DNA from: Mobula hypostoma
Lineage: Eukaryota
Length of the DNA: 64,000 bases
Reading direction: 5' to 3'
Assembly (NCBI RefSeq): GCF_963921235.1
Contig: NC_086097.1
Location: 83,082,001 to 83,146,000 of the forward strand
The notes under the pieces are model-generated. The model worked only from the letters and a program-made list of their open reading frames with translations, searched no databases and was not told the origin of the DNA. How positions within the stretch are numbered: the stretch's first letter is position 1; each line of letters starts with the position of its first letter. Positions 1 through 13,200 of this stretch are shown here, in pieces. A program made the position numbers and the translations under genes.

Positions 1-96
1 TATTTTTGACCCCTGTTAGGCAGGGGTACATTTTAGTGTAGTCTAGGGTGACGTACATTTTATATTTTCTTTTTTTGGAACAATCTGCTAAGGCGC

Positions 97-127
97 TCTC
101 TCTCTCTCTCTCTCCCCCCCCCCCCCA
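97..127. repeat. (CT)n microsatellite followed by poly-C
   Basis: ctctctctctctctctc then a C run. Confidence 0.9.
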
Positions 128-231
128 ACGCGCTCGCTCTTGCTCTTATATTGTATATAATTTGTGGGCATCAGGAAGCTACTATCAATATGTGGGAGAC
201 TCCTGGAACTTCCGGAAGAGTTGGGATGTCT

Positions 232-570
232 GCTAATCAAAGTTTTATAAAGTTGTAACATAACCTCCTGCCTTTTGAACTCAATTCCTTGACCAATAAA
301 AACAAGCATTTCATAAGCCTTCTTAACCACTTTATCGACCTGCGTAGCTACTTCAAGGAGCAATGAACTTGGATCCCAAGCTCTCTCTGCTCAGCAACAC
401 TGCTAAGAATCTTTCCCTTAATGGAGTGCTCTCTCCTTGCATTTGCTCTAGCGTGGTGCAACACCTCACACTTATCTGGGTGAAATTCCATCTGCCATTT
501 CTCTGCCCATATCTGCAATTGGTCTATATCGTGTTGTATTCTTTGCCAGTTTTCTACACTATCCACAACA
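232..570 (-). mobile_element. CR1-clade LINE ORF2 fragment (post-RT region), degenerate
   Basis: Minus-strand translations LQIWAEKWQMEFHPDKCEVLH and VVKKAYEMLVFIGQGIEFKRQEVMLQLYKTL are typical CR1 ORF2 motifs. Confidence 0.9.
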
Positions 571-1567
571 GTGAACAGAAAAAATTGCATTTGAGAAAGC
601 TTCATCATCTGACAGTCCAACTGGATGTCACTGGAAGTATGCAGGAGAAAGGACAGGTTTGAGAGCTCTTGGGAAGTAAGCCAATTGAAAATGAGGATGC
701 AGGCTAAGCCCATTAACTGGCCCTACTGCCCATTATGTCCAACCTGACCGTCAAGCACTCACTTGTAGTTATCCAACACTAATCCCATTATAACAGTTTG
801 CTCTCCATATCGTAATGTCCTGACTTGCATATCATGTAGATATCTAGGATAAAATATCCATGGGTGATCCTGACCAACGGAGGGCCTCGATTCCATTTAT
901 TCTTCCTCAATGTTCTACTACTCATTAACGCATCAGGCACAATTTACTCTTGCCATCTGACCTACCAGCCTGCACATTTTTGGAATGTAGGAGGAAGAGC
1001 ATGCAAACTCCACAAAAACAGCACAGGAAATCAGGACTAAACCTGAGTCGGTGGGCTTAGGAGAAACTATAGCAAAAGCATTAAATATTGCTGCAGATTA
1101 GTATTTGTTCAATGTTGACTGCGGGCCAGGAAGAGAGGGAGTACTTACCCCATTCCTTTAAATAAACTACTCCGTGAAATAAACCAATGTCCAGAGATCA
1201 CCACAACCCGCCTTCACTAGTTGACCATAATTACCAGACTGCTGGTGAATATCCAGCAGTTGCCAACCCTCTGTCATTGCTGAGTCCTCCTTGCATTCAT
1301 CCATGCACTGTGGACCCTGGCCCACAATCCCTTGCTAGACACCATTTCTATCCTGCACTTGAACAGACTCTCTCAACTCTCTTCTGTCTTCATTCACTAC
1401 CATAATCCTTAATCATTGCCTTGGTATTTCTCTCTAATCCTCTTTTTTCTACCCTAGTTGTTTCTTTGTCTCTCTCTTTATATATTTCCACTTGCCATTG
1501 ATTTCTTGTGAGAAACTATTCCTAAAAAGTTGATAGTTGTTTCAGTCCACCTTGAAGGTAATTGCTA

Positions 1568-2729
1568 GAACATAGAACATAGAAATCTACAACACATTAA
1601 AGGCCCTGCGGCCCACAATGTTGTGATGACCATGTAACCTACTCTAGAAAATGCCTAGAATTTCCTTACCACATAGCCCTTTACTTTTCTAAGCTCCATG
1701 TACCTATCTAAGAGTCTCTAAAAAGACCCTATTGTATCCACCTCTACCACCATCACTGGAAGTGCATTCTATGCACCCACCACTCTCTGTGTGAAAAACT
1801 TACCTCTGACATCCCCCTTGTACCTTCTTCCAAGCACCTTAAAAGTATGCCCCCTCATGTTAGCCATTTCAGCCCTGGGAAAAAGCCTCTGACTATCCAC
1901 ATGATCAATGCTTCTCGGCATCTTATGCACCTCTATCAGGTCGCCTCTCATCCTCTGTCACTCCAAGGAAAAAAGGCCAAGTTTACTCAATCTATTCTCA
2001 TAAGGAATGCTGTCAAATCCAGGCAACATCCCTGTAAATCTCCTCTTTATAGTATTCACATTCTTCCTTTAGTGAGGTGACCAGAAATGAACACAATACT
2101 CCATGTGGGGTCTATCCAAGGTCTTATATAGCTTTAACATTACCTCACGGCTCTTGAACTCAATCCCATGGTTGGTGAAGGCCATCACACCATACGCCTT
2201 CTTAACAACACTGTCAACCTGGGCAGCAGCTTTGAGTGTCCTATGGACACGGACCCCAAGATCTCACTGAACCTCCACACTGCCAAGAGTCTTACCATTA
2301 ATATTATATTCTGTCTTCAAATTTGACCTACCAAAGTCACATTTATCTGTTGAACTCCATTTGTCACTTCTTAGCCCAGTTCTGCATCCTATTGTAACCT
2401 CTGACAACTCTCCAGACTATCCACAACACCCCCAACTTTTGTGTCATCAGCAAACTTACTAACCCACCCTTCTATTTCCTCATCCAGGTCATTTATAAAA
2501 ATCACAAAGGGGAGAGGTCCCAGAACAGATCCCTGCGGAACACCACTGCTCACTAGTCTCAGTGCAGAATACGAACCATCTACAGACACCCTTTACCTTC
2601 TGTGGGCAAGCCAATTCTGGATCCACAAAGTAAAGTCTCCTTGGATCTCATGCCTCCTTACTTTCTGAATGAACCTTGCATGTAAGGCATTTGACAAGGT
2701 CCCCCACGCAAGGCCCATTCAGAAAGTAA
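1568..2729 (-). mobile_element. 5'-truncated CR1 (HER1-like) LINE with short 5' inversion
   Basis: [30 protein letters not shown] and RGDLIEVHK motifs; (TTCTATG)-type tail at ~1568-1585; inverted piece 2681-2729; TSD-like 1554-1567/2722-2735. Confidence 0.92.
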
Positions 2730-3599
2730 TTGTTAAAGCAGAACAAAAACATCAACTGCCAATATCAAAGATGTTTACAAAAACTATTTAAATTACCTCG
2801 AAGAAATACTGCCCACAATGTTGACGGCTTCATGTTGGATAATTCAGTGCAAAACTGAGTAAAAATTTAATTTCAGTGACCAAGTACCATCTTGGCTTTT
2901 AGATATTTCTGAAGGCATTGTATTATAATGTTTTCAATAAATAACAGAAATAAAATAATTTCCAGACTTTTTTTGATTTGCCTTGCAGCAGCACTGTGAG
3001 AAATGTCTATATAAAACGGGCACTTATATCTCTCAGTTTCTTACCCTTTGAAGTTTTATGTTTTAATAAAACATATTTGAACTTCAATTTAATTTGTTTC
3101 ATAAAAGCATAAAAATGTTTGATTAATAATTGAGTCTATGGTAGCCAGATATTTTCAGAGCTTTAATCAGTGCAAATTGAAACTTTTGTAGATGTGTTTC
3201 AAGTATTCTTTCCCTTAATCTGTTCTTTTTGAATTAGCCTCACCTCACTGCTGTCAGTACACAAGAGAACTTAAGTAACAATAAAATAATGGCCAGGATT
3301 TTCCTGAGAACTGTTGACAGTTCTAGATGTAACTGCTGTAACTTACTAACCTAACTGTCAGGAAGTTAGGGGCTCTCATTGTGAATGTGGAAGTCATGGA
3401 CTTCCTTAGAGGTCTCGTGAATTTCATAATTTTGCATTCATGTTACAGTGTAAAGTCTGCCCGACTGCACATGCACCGGGTTAACAACTAGCTTCCCAGC
3501 AACTCTGTGCATTTTAATGGAGATAAATGGTGACGAGAAATGAGTGAAGTACAGGTTAATATAATTGCTGCATTGATCAAGTTCACCTCAATGCAATTT

Positions 3600-3860
3600 T
3601 TTTTTAAATTTTAGTGATACAACGCAGAGTCGGCCCTTCCAGCCCTGCGAGTCACGTCACCCTGGCAACCACCAACAACCCCGACTTAATCATGGGACAA
3701 TTTACAGTGACCAATTAACCTGCCCAGTACATCTCAGGACCGTGAGGGGAAACCAGAGCTCCTGGGAAAAACCCATGCATTCCACGGGGAGGACGTACAG
3801 AAACACGCTATAGGATGGTGGCGGAATTGAACTCTGAACTCCAGAACATTCCAAGCCATA
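3600..3860 (-). mobile_element. V-domain SINE (HE1-like)
   Basis: Reverse complement reads cgtcctccccgtggaatgcatgggtttttcccaggagctctggtttccctcacggtcc (V-SINE-like core); A-rich tail. Confidence 0.7.
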
Positions 3861-5479
3861 AAAGCAACAGTTTCTTCTTAGAAACTAAATTTACTTTTGG
3901 TGATTTTAGAAGTATTTTAACAAAACATCTTGACAATATTTGAATAGGATGCTCTTTTAAATTCAGATTATTCTGGCAAAATTGTGGGTGAAGCCAACAT
4001 GGTCTGTGGGGAAGGAGGAGCAGGAATGTTTTTCCCAATTCATTAGTCAAACCACCCTGTGAAATTAACCCACACCCAGAGATCATCACACACCACTATT
4101 TCCAGTGCACTGAGATCACTAGCTCCTCACTATAACCACAGCTGGCGTATCGCAAACTATCCAGCTATCAATAGCGTTTTGATTAAACCCTCCATTTAGC
4201 CAGCCATCGTAAACCTCTAATGATCCTAGTCTGTAATCACCTGCTAGGCCTCTATTTTAATCTTGGGTTTGATTGACTCTTTTCCTCAAATTTGCTACCA
4301 TCCACTCCCAAGCTTACAATTCTTGTCCTGTCTCTCCCTAATTCCAAACAAATGATCCTCTGATCTCACAATCTCTGACCTTAATTTTTCCTAAAGGCAA
4401 AATCTTGTCCCCAAACTCTTCCTGATAGACCTGTTTATGCCCCAGCATTCTCTGATACCCACACCAAACTTGCATCATCCTGTAATTGTTCTCTCACTGG
4501 GGCAGCGGTATTTCCACCATTGTTGATTTAGCCCATCTACACTAACTACCTTACTTTGCCCTGGGCTCCGTCACTGTGCTGATCTCTCTATCTCTCTACA
4601 GACACATCTCTGATCATAATGCCCCCCTGATTCACAGTGCCCAGCCTTTCTAGGGTGACTCTTGGTCTAGATGAAGTATGCAGGGAGGTCACTTCTCTGA
4701 CCTTTGGAGAAACTCTAACTTGGAAAACTTCCTCCAATAAACGAGAGAGCAATTGGTTCCAGGGCAATTTCAGTGATGTTTGTGTTGTGCTCCTGGGAGT
4801 CGAATTCATCTTTCTTGCCAGCAGGAAAATGTGTGTTTTGGGCTTCTACCATTCACAAGGTAGGGAAGGCTCAGTTTAATACTGGAGCAACTTTAAGGCA
4901 GAAGAATTTTTGCTTTGGCTCCACAGATCACGAAAGGCATTGAGATTCGATGCCACTATGATAAAAATTATGGCATTTGTAGACAGACTACATCATCTCC
5001 CATGAAAGCCGACTTGATAGCATTGTCCTTGCAGATTTAATGCTCTCTGTTAACCTCACACAGCAGAACAACATCAGCAACAGGTAGAATGGTGCACCGG
5101 CGCTACTGTATCTGACACTCTTGGCCTAGGGTCTGCTGCTTTTTTCACTTGTTCAACGTGGGTAAAGTCGTGATGATGTGGCTGATGCTAGGGGGCTTTG
5201 TCCTGACTTCAGGATTCTTTGCAAGCATTACTTCAGTTCTGGAAGCATAATTCTGTTTTGGAATAAGGGATGACTGAGAGAATCATTCAAAAACTTAGAG
5301 TAGAACAGCTGTCTGAAAGGAAGGAAGGGGACATAAGCTATCATTTGGGAGCTAGACCTACCAAAGATTTACATAAAACGTTAAAGACACGAGAGAGTGT
5401 AGATGCTGGAAACCAGATCATCTGCCTGCTGCTTTAGGGAGATTAATTGGCTTACTTTCCATAACCTCAGTACTGCAGC

Positions 5480-6250
5480 AAGAGGCCGGTACTAGACAAA
5501 GGTGACCACACTGAAGATTGTGGCCTGCCACAACCTCAACCCTGATCTCATTGCCTGATGAACTTCTCATTGCCGTGAAGTCAATGGTTCAATGCTTTTG
5601 TGGTTCTTCTGAGCCAGTGCTGAGGTGGTTTTGGAAAGATTGCAGTCTGCCAACCACTGTTGTAGTAGGCATGCCATTGATGCTACCAATCTGAAAAGGA
5701 TTGATTAAGTCCACCATCCTTTGCATCCCTCAATAGTTGTTGATGACTGAGAATAGACTAATTGAGTGCTCATTTGCCAGATTGGATTCGTCCAGCTTTT
5801 AGTAAATGGGATATAACTGGACAATTTTTCTGAATTGTCGAATAGATTCAGTGATGTACTCTACTGGAACAGCTTGGTTGGAGAGGCAGATAGTCGTCGT
5901 GTGAATGATGCAGATAGTGAGAACTTCAGTGCTACAGCTGGGATACTGCCTGGTCCTGCAGCCAGTGCTCCCTGGTATCAATGGAATATCTCTGGAGTAA
6001 TTTAAATTGGATAGCATTTGTGATGGTGGTGTTTTCAAGGGGAAGCTGCAGTGATCCATCCACCTGGTATTCCTGGCTGAACAAGGCCGCAATTGCTTCA
6101 GCCTAGTAATTAATGTTCATCTGCTGGGTTCACCATTGTTCAGGATCCTGCTCTTCCCATGAGCTGTTTAATTGTCTATCACCTTTCATAACTGGACGTG
6201 GCGTGAATGCAGGACCTGGTCTCATCGTTTGGTTATGATATTATTTTACC
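5480..6250 (-). mobile_element. Old CR1/L2-group LINE fragment
   Basis: Similar to 24150-26030 (tactggaacagcttgg...ttcagtgctacagctgggat); heavily decayed. Confidence 0.55.
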
Positions 6251-6627
6251 TCTGGCAATTCAGATATGAACTCAGGTTTCCAGATTGCAGAATTTTGAAT
6301 TACTCAAAATTCAGTAGCTTAACTGCTGCACCATCATAGCACACTGCATCCATTTTGGCAGAAAATAAAAGAACTGCAAGCACATGTGTGTGAGGGTTTG
6401 TTGGAACATACAGTGTCAATGGTTAGTACAAATTCTGCTTGATTGAGATTGATGCCATTTTCATTTTGAGAATCAAGTAATGTGTGTGTACGCCAAAGGT
6501 CAAAATAAATTTATTATCAAAGGGTATACAGTATATGGAACCATACTGTATATCACCTTGAGATTCATTTTCTTGCTGGCATTTATGGAGAAAAAGAAAT
6601 ACAATAGAATGTCACAAAAAACTATGC

Positions 6628-6735
6628 ATGAACAGGCAAACACGCATATAATTCTGGAGGAATTCAGCAGGTCAGATGGCATCAACAGAGAGGAATACAG
6701 TCGACGTTTCAGGCTGAGGCCCTTCATCAGGACAG
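6628..6735 (-). mobile_element. Penelope-like 3'-end fragment with minimal hammerhead ribozyme (6698-6733)
   Basis: Minus strand GTC-CTGATGA-AGGGCCTCAGCCT-GAAA-CGTC-GACTG followed by the family 3' tail. Confidence 0.8.
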
Positions 6736-6992
6736 ACTGACAAAAAATAATGTGCAAAAGAAGGCAGACTGCAATACAAACAATACCGAGAACATGCGTT
6801 GTAGTCTTTGAAAGTGAGTCTGTAGGTCATAAAATCAGTTCAGAGTAGTGGTCCATGCCCATTAAGGAGTTAGATAGTTGTAGGGTAATAACTGTTTCTG
6901 AAAATAACAGTGTGGGATTTAAGGCTTCTGCACCCCCTACCCAACGGTAGTAGTGAGCAGCAGTGCATGGTGGTGGTCTTTGATAATAGATA

Positions 6993-7146
6993 CAAGTCGA
7001 CCTTCACTAATCCGGCACCATTGGGACCTGAGGAGTGCCGGATTAATGAAAAAGCTGAATTACAGAAGGATCACATGAAGCATAATCAGTGCCGGATTGT
7101 CGAAGGAACTGGATTACAGGTAGTCAGATTAGTGAAGGTTGACCTG
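6993..7146. mobile_element. pogo/Tigger-like MITE
   Basis: TIRs CAAGTCGACCTTCACTAATC / GATTAGTGAAGGTTGACCTG; TA on the left, CA (mutated TA?) on the right; repeated internal CGGATT-like motif. Confidence 0.8.
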
Positions 7147-7404
7147 CACTGCCTTTCGGTGTCATTGCCCCATGTAAATGTACTCAATGTTGGGGACGGC
7201 CTTGCCTATGATGGACTGGGCTGTGTCCATCATTTTCTGTAGCCTTTTCCTATCCTGGGCATTGATGGTTCTGTACGTGCTGTGATAGTGTCATAGTGGC
7301 ATTTGAAATGTTCTGCATTGGCCTTGAACTTTATACATGTGAACTCTTTGAACTTCTTGTAGCCTCGTACCCGAGTCATTGGTGTTTTGATACCTGGCAT
7401 TGTT

Positions 7405-8045
7405 TACTGTTTAAGTTTATTGTTTAATGTCATTTCTTGTACACAAATGTAGGGAGAATGGAATAATAGTTTCTCTGGATCTGATGCAGCACAAAAAAAA
7501 CAAAAGATAAAGGAAAAAATAATAATAAAAACACAATAAGTATAAATATATAAGAGATCTTGTACACATAGATTGATTGTACGTCCATAAAGTGACCCAA
7601 GGCTATAAGTAAGGTGAGTGGTGGGAAATAACAAGGTAGTGAGGTGGAGTTAATGGGAGGAGGTGTTGATCAGTCTTAGTGCTTGGGGAAAGTAATGATA
7701 TTTGAGACTGGTAGTCCTGGCGTGGATGCTATGTAGCCTCCTCTCTGATGGGAGTGGGGCAAACAGTCCATGAGCAGGGTGTGTGGGATCCTTCATGATA
7801 CCACTAGCCCTTTTCCAACCTTTCTGCATATGCAATATGTCCATGATAGCAAGTAGGCTGGTGCCGGTGACTTTTTGGGAAGTTTTGACTATTGGTTGTA
7901 GTGACTTCCTGTCTGCTGTAGTGATGGTCCTGACCAAACAGTGATGCAGCTTGTTAAGATGCTCTCTACTGCGCATCTGTAGAATGATATGAGTGTGGAT
8001 GTGCATAGTCCAGCTCTTTTCATTATCCCCAGAAAGTAGAGGCAT
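7405..8045 (-). mobile_element. Rex1/Babar LINE 3' end
   Basis: ADRKSLQPIVKTSQKVTG...IMKDPTHPAHGLFAPLPSERRLHSIHARTTSLKYHYFPQALRLIN C-terminal motif. Confidence 0.85.
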
Positions 8046-9051
8046 TAACTGTCTTTAATATTTCATCTCTATATCTTGATGGCGTACTGTATGTCTAGGG
8101 ACCAACTGATCCCCATTTGGATTGAGGATATCTCTTCCATTTCCATCTCCTTCATCAAGGCCTGCATTGCTATGTCAGGGACCATGGAAGTCACTTTATT
8201 CTATCTATTGGCATTCTTAAGTACGCAAGAAACCTGCTCTCACATCTTTCAGCTGCAATCCACATCCTTAAATGAAATACAGGTTGCCTTTAAGTTCTGT
8301 AGTCCAGTGGTATAGGTGTTGATCACTCACAGTACTGGCCTCCTTAGACCTCTTTTCAGACCTCTTCAGAGTCAACCATATTGAGCCAAGTGTTCCTGGT
8401 TGTTTCCTGAAGATTCACCAGTGATCAGCTATGCCCAAAAGCCATTATGTGGTCCCACTATAAGAGTGGTTCTTACTGAGTGACAGATGCCATCCCATGG
8501 AAACCAATGGCTTGGCTGAATCTTGCTGGGATTCCTGACAGGTGCAGAGGGGACTCACTTGTTAGCTTCTGCACCATTTGATGCTTTCCTAACTCATCTA
8601 CAATTTGACATAGGAAATCAATGTGTATAGTGTCAGAGTGAAGCAATGAGAGGTTAAAGGGGCGTAATCATCTGCCACCTCTAAAACGACAAAGTTCCAT
8701 GGAGTATTCAGCAGACTGAGAAGGACAGCATGAGGCAAGTAATCTTAAGGAGATATTCATTTTTGTTTGGATTTGCCTGTTAAAGGAGCGGTGTCTAGTT
8801 CTTAAATTAAGATCAGATGACATATTGGTAGAAATTCCAATTTAAACAGAGATTATATTTATCATATAAATCTTTGACATTATTAATTGCTGTAATTGAA
8901 ATTATTAACTGCTTTATTATTGTGTGAGCTGCTTATTATTGTACAATTGCTGATGGGATGGTAGATGAGAACAAGAGAATCTGTTAAGGAGGCAGGAAGA
9001 GGGGGTGAGCACAGCTATTCAGGGCAGATTTTCTATGAGCAAGTTAGTGGA

Positions 9052-9341
9052 GTAGCACAGTGGCATAATGGTTAGCACAACGTTTTACAGTACAGGCACG
9101 TGGGTTCAATTCCCACCACAGCCTGTAAGGAGTTTGTACATTCTCCCCTGTGACATGTGGGTTTCCTCCAAGTGCTCTGGTTTCCTTCCACAGTCCAAAG
9201 ACATACCGGTGGATAGGTTAATCGATCATTGTAACTTGTCCCATCATTAGGCTCAGATTAAACTGGGGATTGCTGGGCAGCGTGCCTCAAAGGGCAGGAA
9301 GGGCCTATTTCAATCTGTATCTCAATAAATAAATAAATAAA
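9052..9341 (+). mobile_element. tRNA-derived V-SINE (HE1-like)
   Basis: A box-like TGGCATAATGG, B box GGTTCAATTCC, V core (gggtttcctccaagtgctctggtttccttccacagtccaaagac), (AATA)n tail. Confidence 0.85.
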
Positions 9342-10249
9342 TATTACTGAAGAAACACGGGTTTCACTAATGATAAAGTGTATGCAATTCATAAAGTACT
9401 CCTGAGAACAGGGATATTCTGCACAATTGCATCATTTTATGGTTTTACATTCTGGCTGAACTTGCAGAAATCAGTTTAATTTAGCCGTGGTGATCTGAAA
9501 GATTTACTCTTGGCAGTATTTACTTTTCATTCAGTACTACAGTGACATCATTGTGCTATAAGCATTGGACGTTCTCCCCTGGAAAACAGTCATTTCCCTC
9601 TTGTGGAGTTTCCAGCCTTCTTTTCACAAAGACTTCTTTTACAGGCTGCCTCCTCTGTGGCTGACTGTTTCGTAAAAGCCTGTACCTGCACATCACTGGC
9701 TCCTTTCTCCCTTCAGTGTTAGATTCCTCGCCAACACCGGTGACTTGCTCCGTCAACATTCTGCGCTGAAGTATTTACAGTAACCTCTGATTATACCTTG
9801 CTCACCTCTGCATCCTGTGTTCACAACAGAAAGCCCAGAGGTCCTGCGCCAAGTCTCATGACTCAGTGCATTGAAATGAGTCCGAAAGAAAGCAGGAGAC
9901 AGGACGTTTAGTTATCTTTAAACAGCAGTCCCAAATCTGGCATATAGCTAAACAACAAGACTTCAAACGCCCCTGGCTGTCAGTGATACAAACTTATCAG
10001 CCAGTTCCAGAAAACAAAGTCTTTAATTAAGGTCCACAGTGGCATCAGAATAATAGCGAAAATTATATGAATTTATTATGCTTGGGTGCATACAATCCTG
10101 ATAAATAATCAGTGGAACAGAAGCAACTGGTACCAAGCAAAGAGTCTATTTTATTTATGGATTTGTGGTGGAGCACATGGGGACTGAAAGGGAAAAGAGT
10201 GGGTGGACCAGGAACAGACCTGGAAGCGACACGGCACTTTGCAGTTCAT

Positions 10250-13200
10250 GCAGATCAGATGAACGTCAACACCATGGCTAAGAAAGCTCACCGACCCTTC
10301 TACTTCTTCAGGAGGCTGAAGAAATTTGCAGCATCTATGTAGACCCACACCGGTTTTTATCCATGCACCACAGATACATCCTGTCTCGATGGATAACAGC
10401 TTGGTACGGCAACTACTCTGCAAATGACCACAAGAAACTCTGGAGAGCTGTGGACACATCTCAGCACATCACAGAAAGCAGCCTCCCCTCCATGGACTCT
10501 GTCTATGATTCTTACTGCCTCAAAAGGCAACCGTCATAATCAAGAACCACACACACACCCCAGACATTCTCCCTTCTCCACTCCTCCATTGGGCAGAAAA
10601 TACAAAACCCTGAAAACACCTACCGCCTGGCTCAGGGACAGCTTCTACCTCTTTGTTATAAGACTATTAAATGGCGTCAGAGAACAATAAGATGGATTCT
10701 TGACTTTGTGCTGCCCACGGTGGGGATTAATCTAGAGTTGCAGGGGGATGGGAACCAGAGTGCCAGAACGGTTAGTGGAGAAGTTGTGGAGGCAGATGTT
10801 GGTGAGGCCTCAGACAAAGTTAGGAGTCAAAATATTGAGCATGGTGCGACTAGTGTCCTGAGCTGCCTGTATTTCAATGCAAGAGGTGTCGTAGGAAATG
10901 CGGATGATAGTGCTGGTTTACAGTCAAAGGCAATGTGTAGCGAGGAGAGGCTGTTGATAGGACAAAATCGCACTCAACTGGATGAGTTGCAATGTAAAAG
11001 CGGACAAAATCGGAAAGGGTGAATATAGGACTGAAATGCGCGGAGTATACGGAATAAGATAGATGAACTTGCAGCACAGTTGCAGGTTGGTAGGTATGAT
11101 GTTGTAGGCATCATTGAATCACAACCGAAAGATTGTAGCTGGGAACTTAATATCCAGGAAACACATTGTATCAAAAGGATAGGCAGGAAGGCAGAAGGGG
11201 CGGTGTAGATTTGTTGGTAAATAAATGAAATCAAATCATTAGAAAGGGGTGAAATAGGGTTGGAAGGTGTTGAAACATTGTGGATAGAGCTAAGGAACTG
11301 GAAAGTTTAAAAAAAAACCCTGATGGGAGTTGTATACAGACCCCCAAACAATGTGGCCACCAAATTACAATGGCAGATAGAAAATGCATGCCAAAAGGGC
11401 AATGTTACAAAGGTCATGGGGACTTCAAAAAGCAGATAGATTGGGAAAATCAAGTTGTTGCTAGATGACAGGAGGGGGAATTTCTAGAGCGCCTACGAGA
11501 TGGCTTTTTAGGGTAGCTGGTGGCTGAGTCCACTAGAGGATCAGCTATTCTGGTTTGAGTGTCGTGCAACAAATCAGAATTGATTAGAGACCTTAAAGTA
11601 AAAGAACCCTTAAGGGCAAGTGATCATAATATGATCAAATTCAACCTGAAATTTGAGAAGAAGAAGCTAAGGTCAGATGTATCAGTATTACCAGTATTAC
11701 AGTGGAGGAAAGGGAATTATAGAGGCATGAGAGAGGACTTGGCCAGAATTGCTGGGAAAAGAACACTGGCAGGGATGACGGCAGAGCAGCAATGGCTGGA
11801 TTTCTGGAAACAATACGGAAGGCTCAGGATATATATATCCCAAAGAGGAAGAAGTATTCTAAAGGAAAGATGACACATCTGTGGCTAACAAGAGAAGTCA
11901 AAGCCAACATAAAAGCCAAAAAGAGTATAGTAGAGAAAAAGTTCGTGGGAAGTTAGAGGATTGTGAAGCTTTTAAAAACCAACAGAGTGCAACTAAAAAA
12001 GTCATTGAGAAGGAAAAGATGTAATACGAAATTAAGCCAGCCAATAATATTAAAGAAGATACCAAGAGTTTCTTCAGGTACATAAAGTGTATAAGAGTGG
12101 ATATTGGACATCTGGAAAACAATGCTGGAGAGGTAATAATGGGGGACAGCGAAATAGCGGACGAAATGAAAAAGTATTTTGCATCAGTGTTCACTGCGGA
12201 AGACACTAGAAGTATGGTGGAAGTTCCAGGTGTCAGGGGTCATAAAGTGTGTGAAGTTACCGTAACTAGAGAGAAGGTTCTTGGGAAAGTGATAAGTCAC
12301 CTGGAGCAGATGATGTACACCCTAGAGTTCTGAAAGAGGTAGCTGAAGAGATCATGGAGGCATTAGTAAAGATCCTTCAAGAATCACTAGATTCTGGAAT
12401 GGTTCCAGAAGACCGGAAAATTGCAAATATCATTCCACTTTTCAAGAAGGGAGGGAGGCAGAAGAATGGAAACTATAGGCCAGTTAGTCTGACCTCAGTG
12501 CTTGGGAAGATGAGATCTCAGGGTACTTTGAGGCACATGATAAAATAGGCCATAGTCAGCATGGTTTCCTCAAAGGAAATTCTTGCCTGATAAATCTGTT
12601 GGAATTCTTTGAAGAAATAGCAAGCAGGATAGACAAAGGCGAATCAGTTGATGTTGTGTACTTGGATTTTCAGAAGACCTTTGATAAGGTGCATTACATG
12701 AGGCTGCTTAACAAGCTACAAGCTCATGGCATTACAGGAAAGATTCTAGCATGGATAAAGCGGTGGCCGGTTGGCAGGAGGCAAAGAGTGGGAATAAAGG
12801 GAGCCTTTTCTGGCTTGCTGCTGGTGACAGGTGGTGTTCCACAGGGTTGTGTGTTGGAGCTGATTCTTTTTACATTATACGTCAATGATTTGGAAAATGG
12901 AATTGATGATTTTGTTACAAAGTTTGCAGATGATATTAAGATAGGTGGAGGAGCAGATAGTTTTGAGGAAGTCAAGGGGCTACAGAAGGACTTAGACAGA
13001 TTAGGAAAATGGGCAAAGAAATGGTCGATGGAATAAAGTGTCGGGAAGTGTATGGTTATGCACATTGGTAGAAGAAATTAAAGAGTTGACTATTTTCTAA
13101 ATGGAGAGAAAATACAAAAACCTGAGGTGCAAAGGGATTTGGGAGTCCTTGTGCAGGATTCCCTAAAGGTTAATTTGAGTCTGTGGTGAAGAAGGCAAAT

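Larger units (their letters stand above)
6495..7280 (-). mobile_element. Rex1/Babar LINE 3' fragment hosting a PLE piece and a MITE
   Basis: Same 3'UTR/ORF-end sequence as 47716-47935 and 49050-49480 (gaaagtgag...taggg taataactgtt). Confidence 0.65.

Noticed and set aside
9052..9125. tRNA gene
   Set aside because: A/B boxes belong to a SINE head running into a V core; no cloverleaf evident
9556..9759. Possible terminal coding exon (minus-strand 67-aa ORF)
   Set aside because: No recognisable homology or convincing splice acceptor
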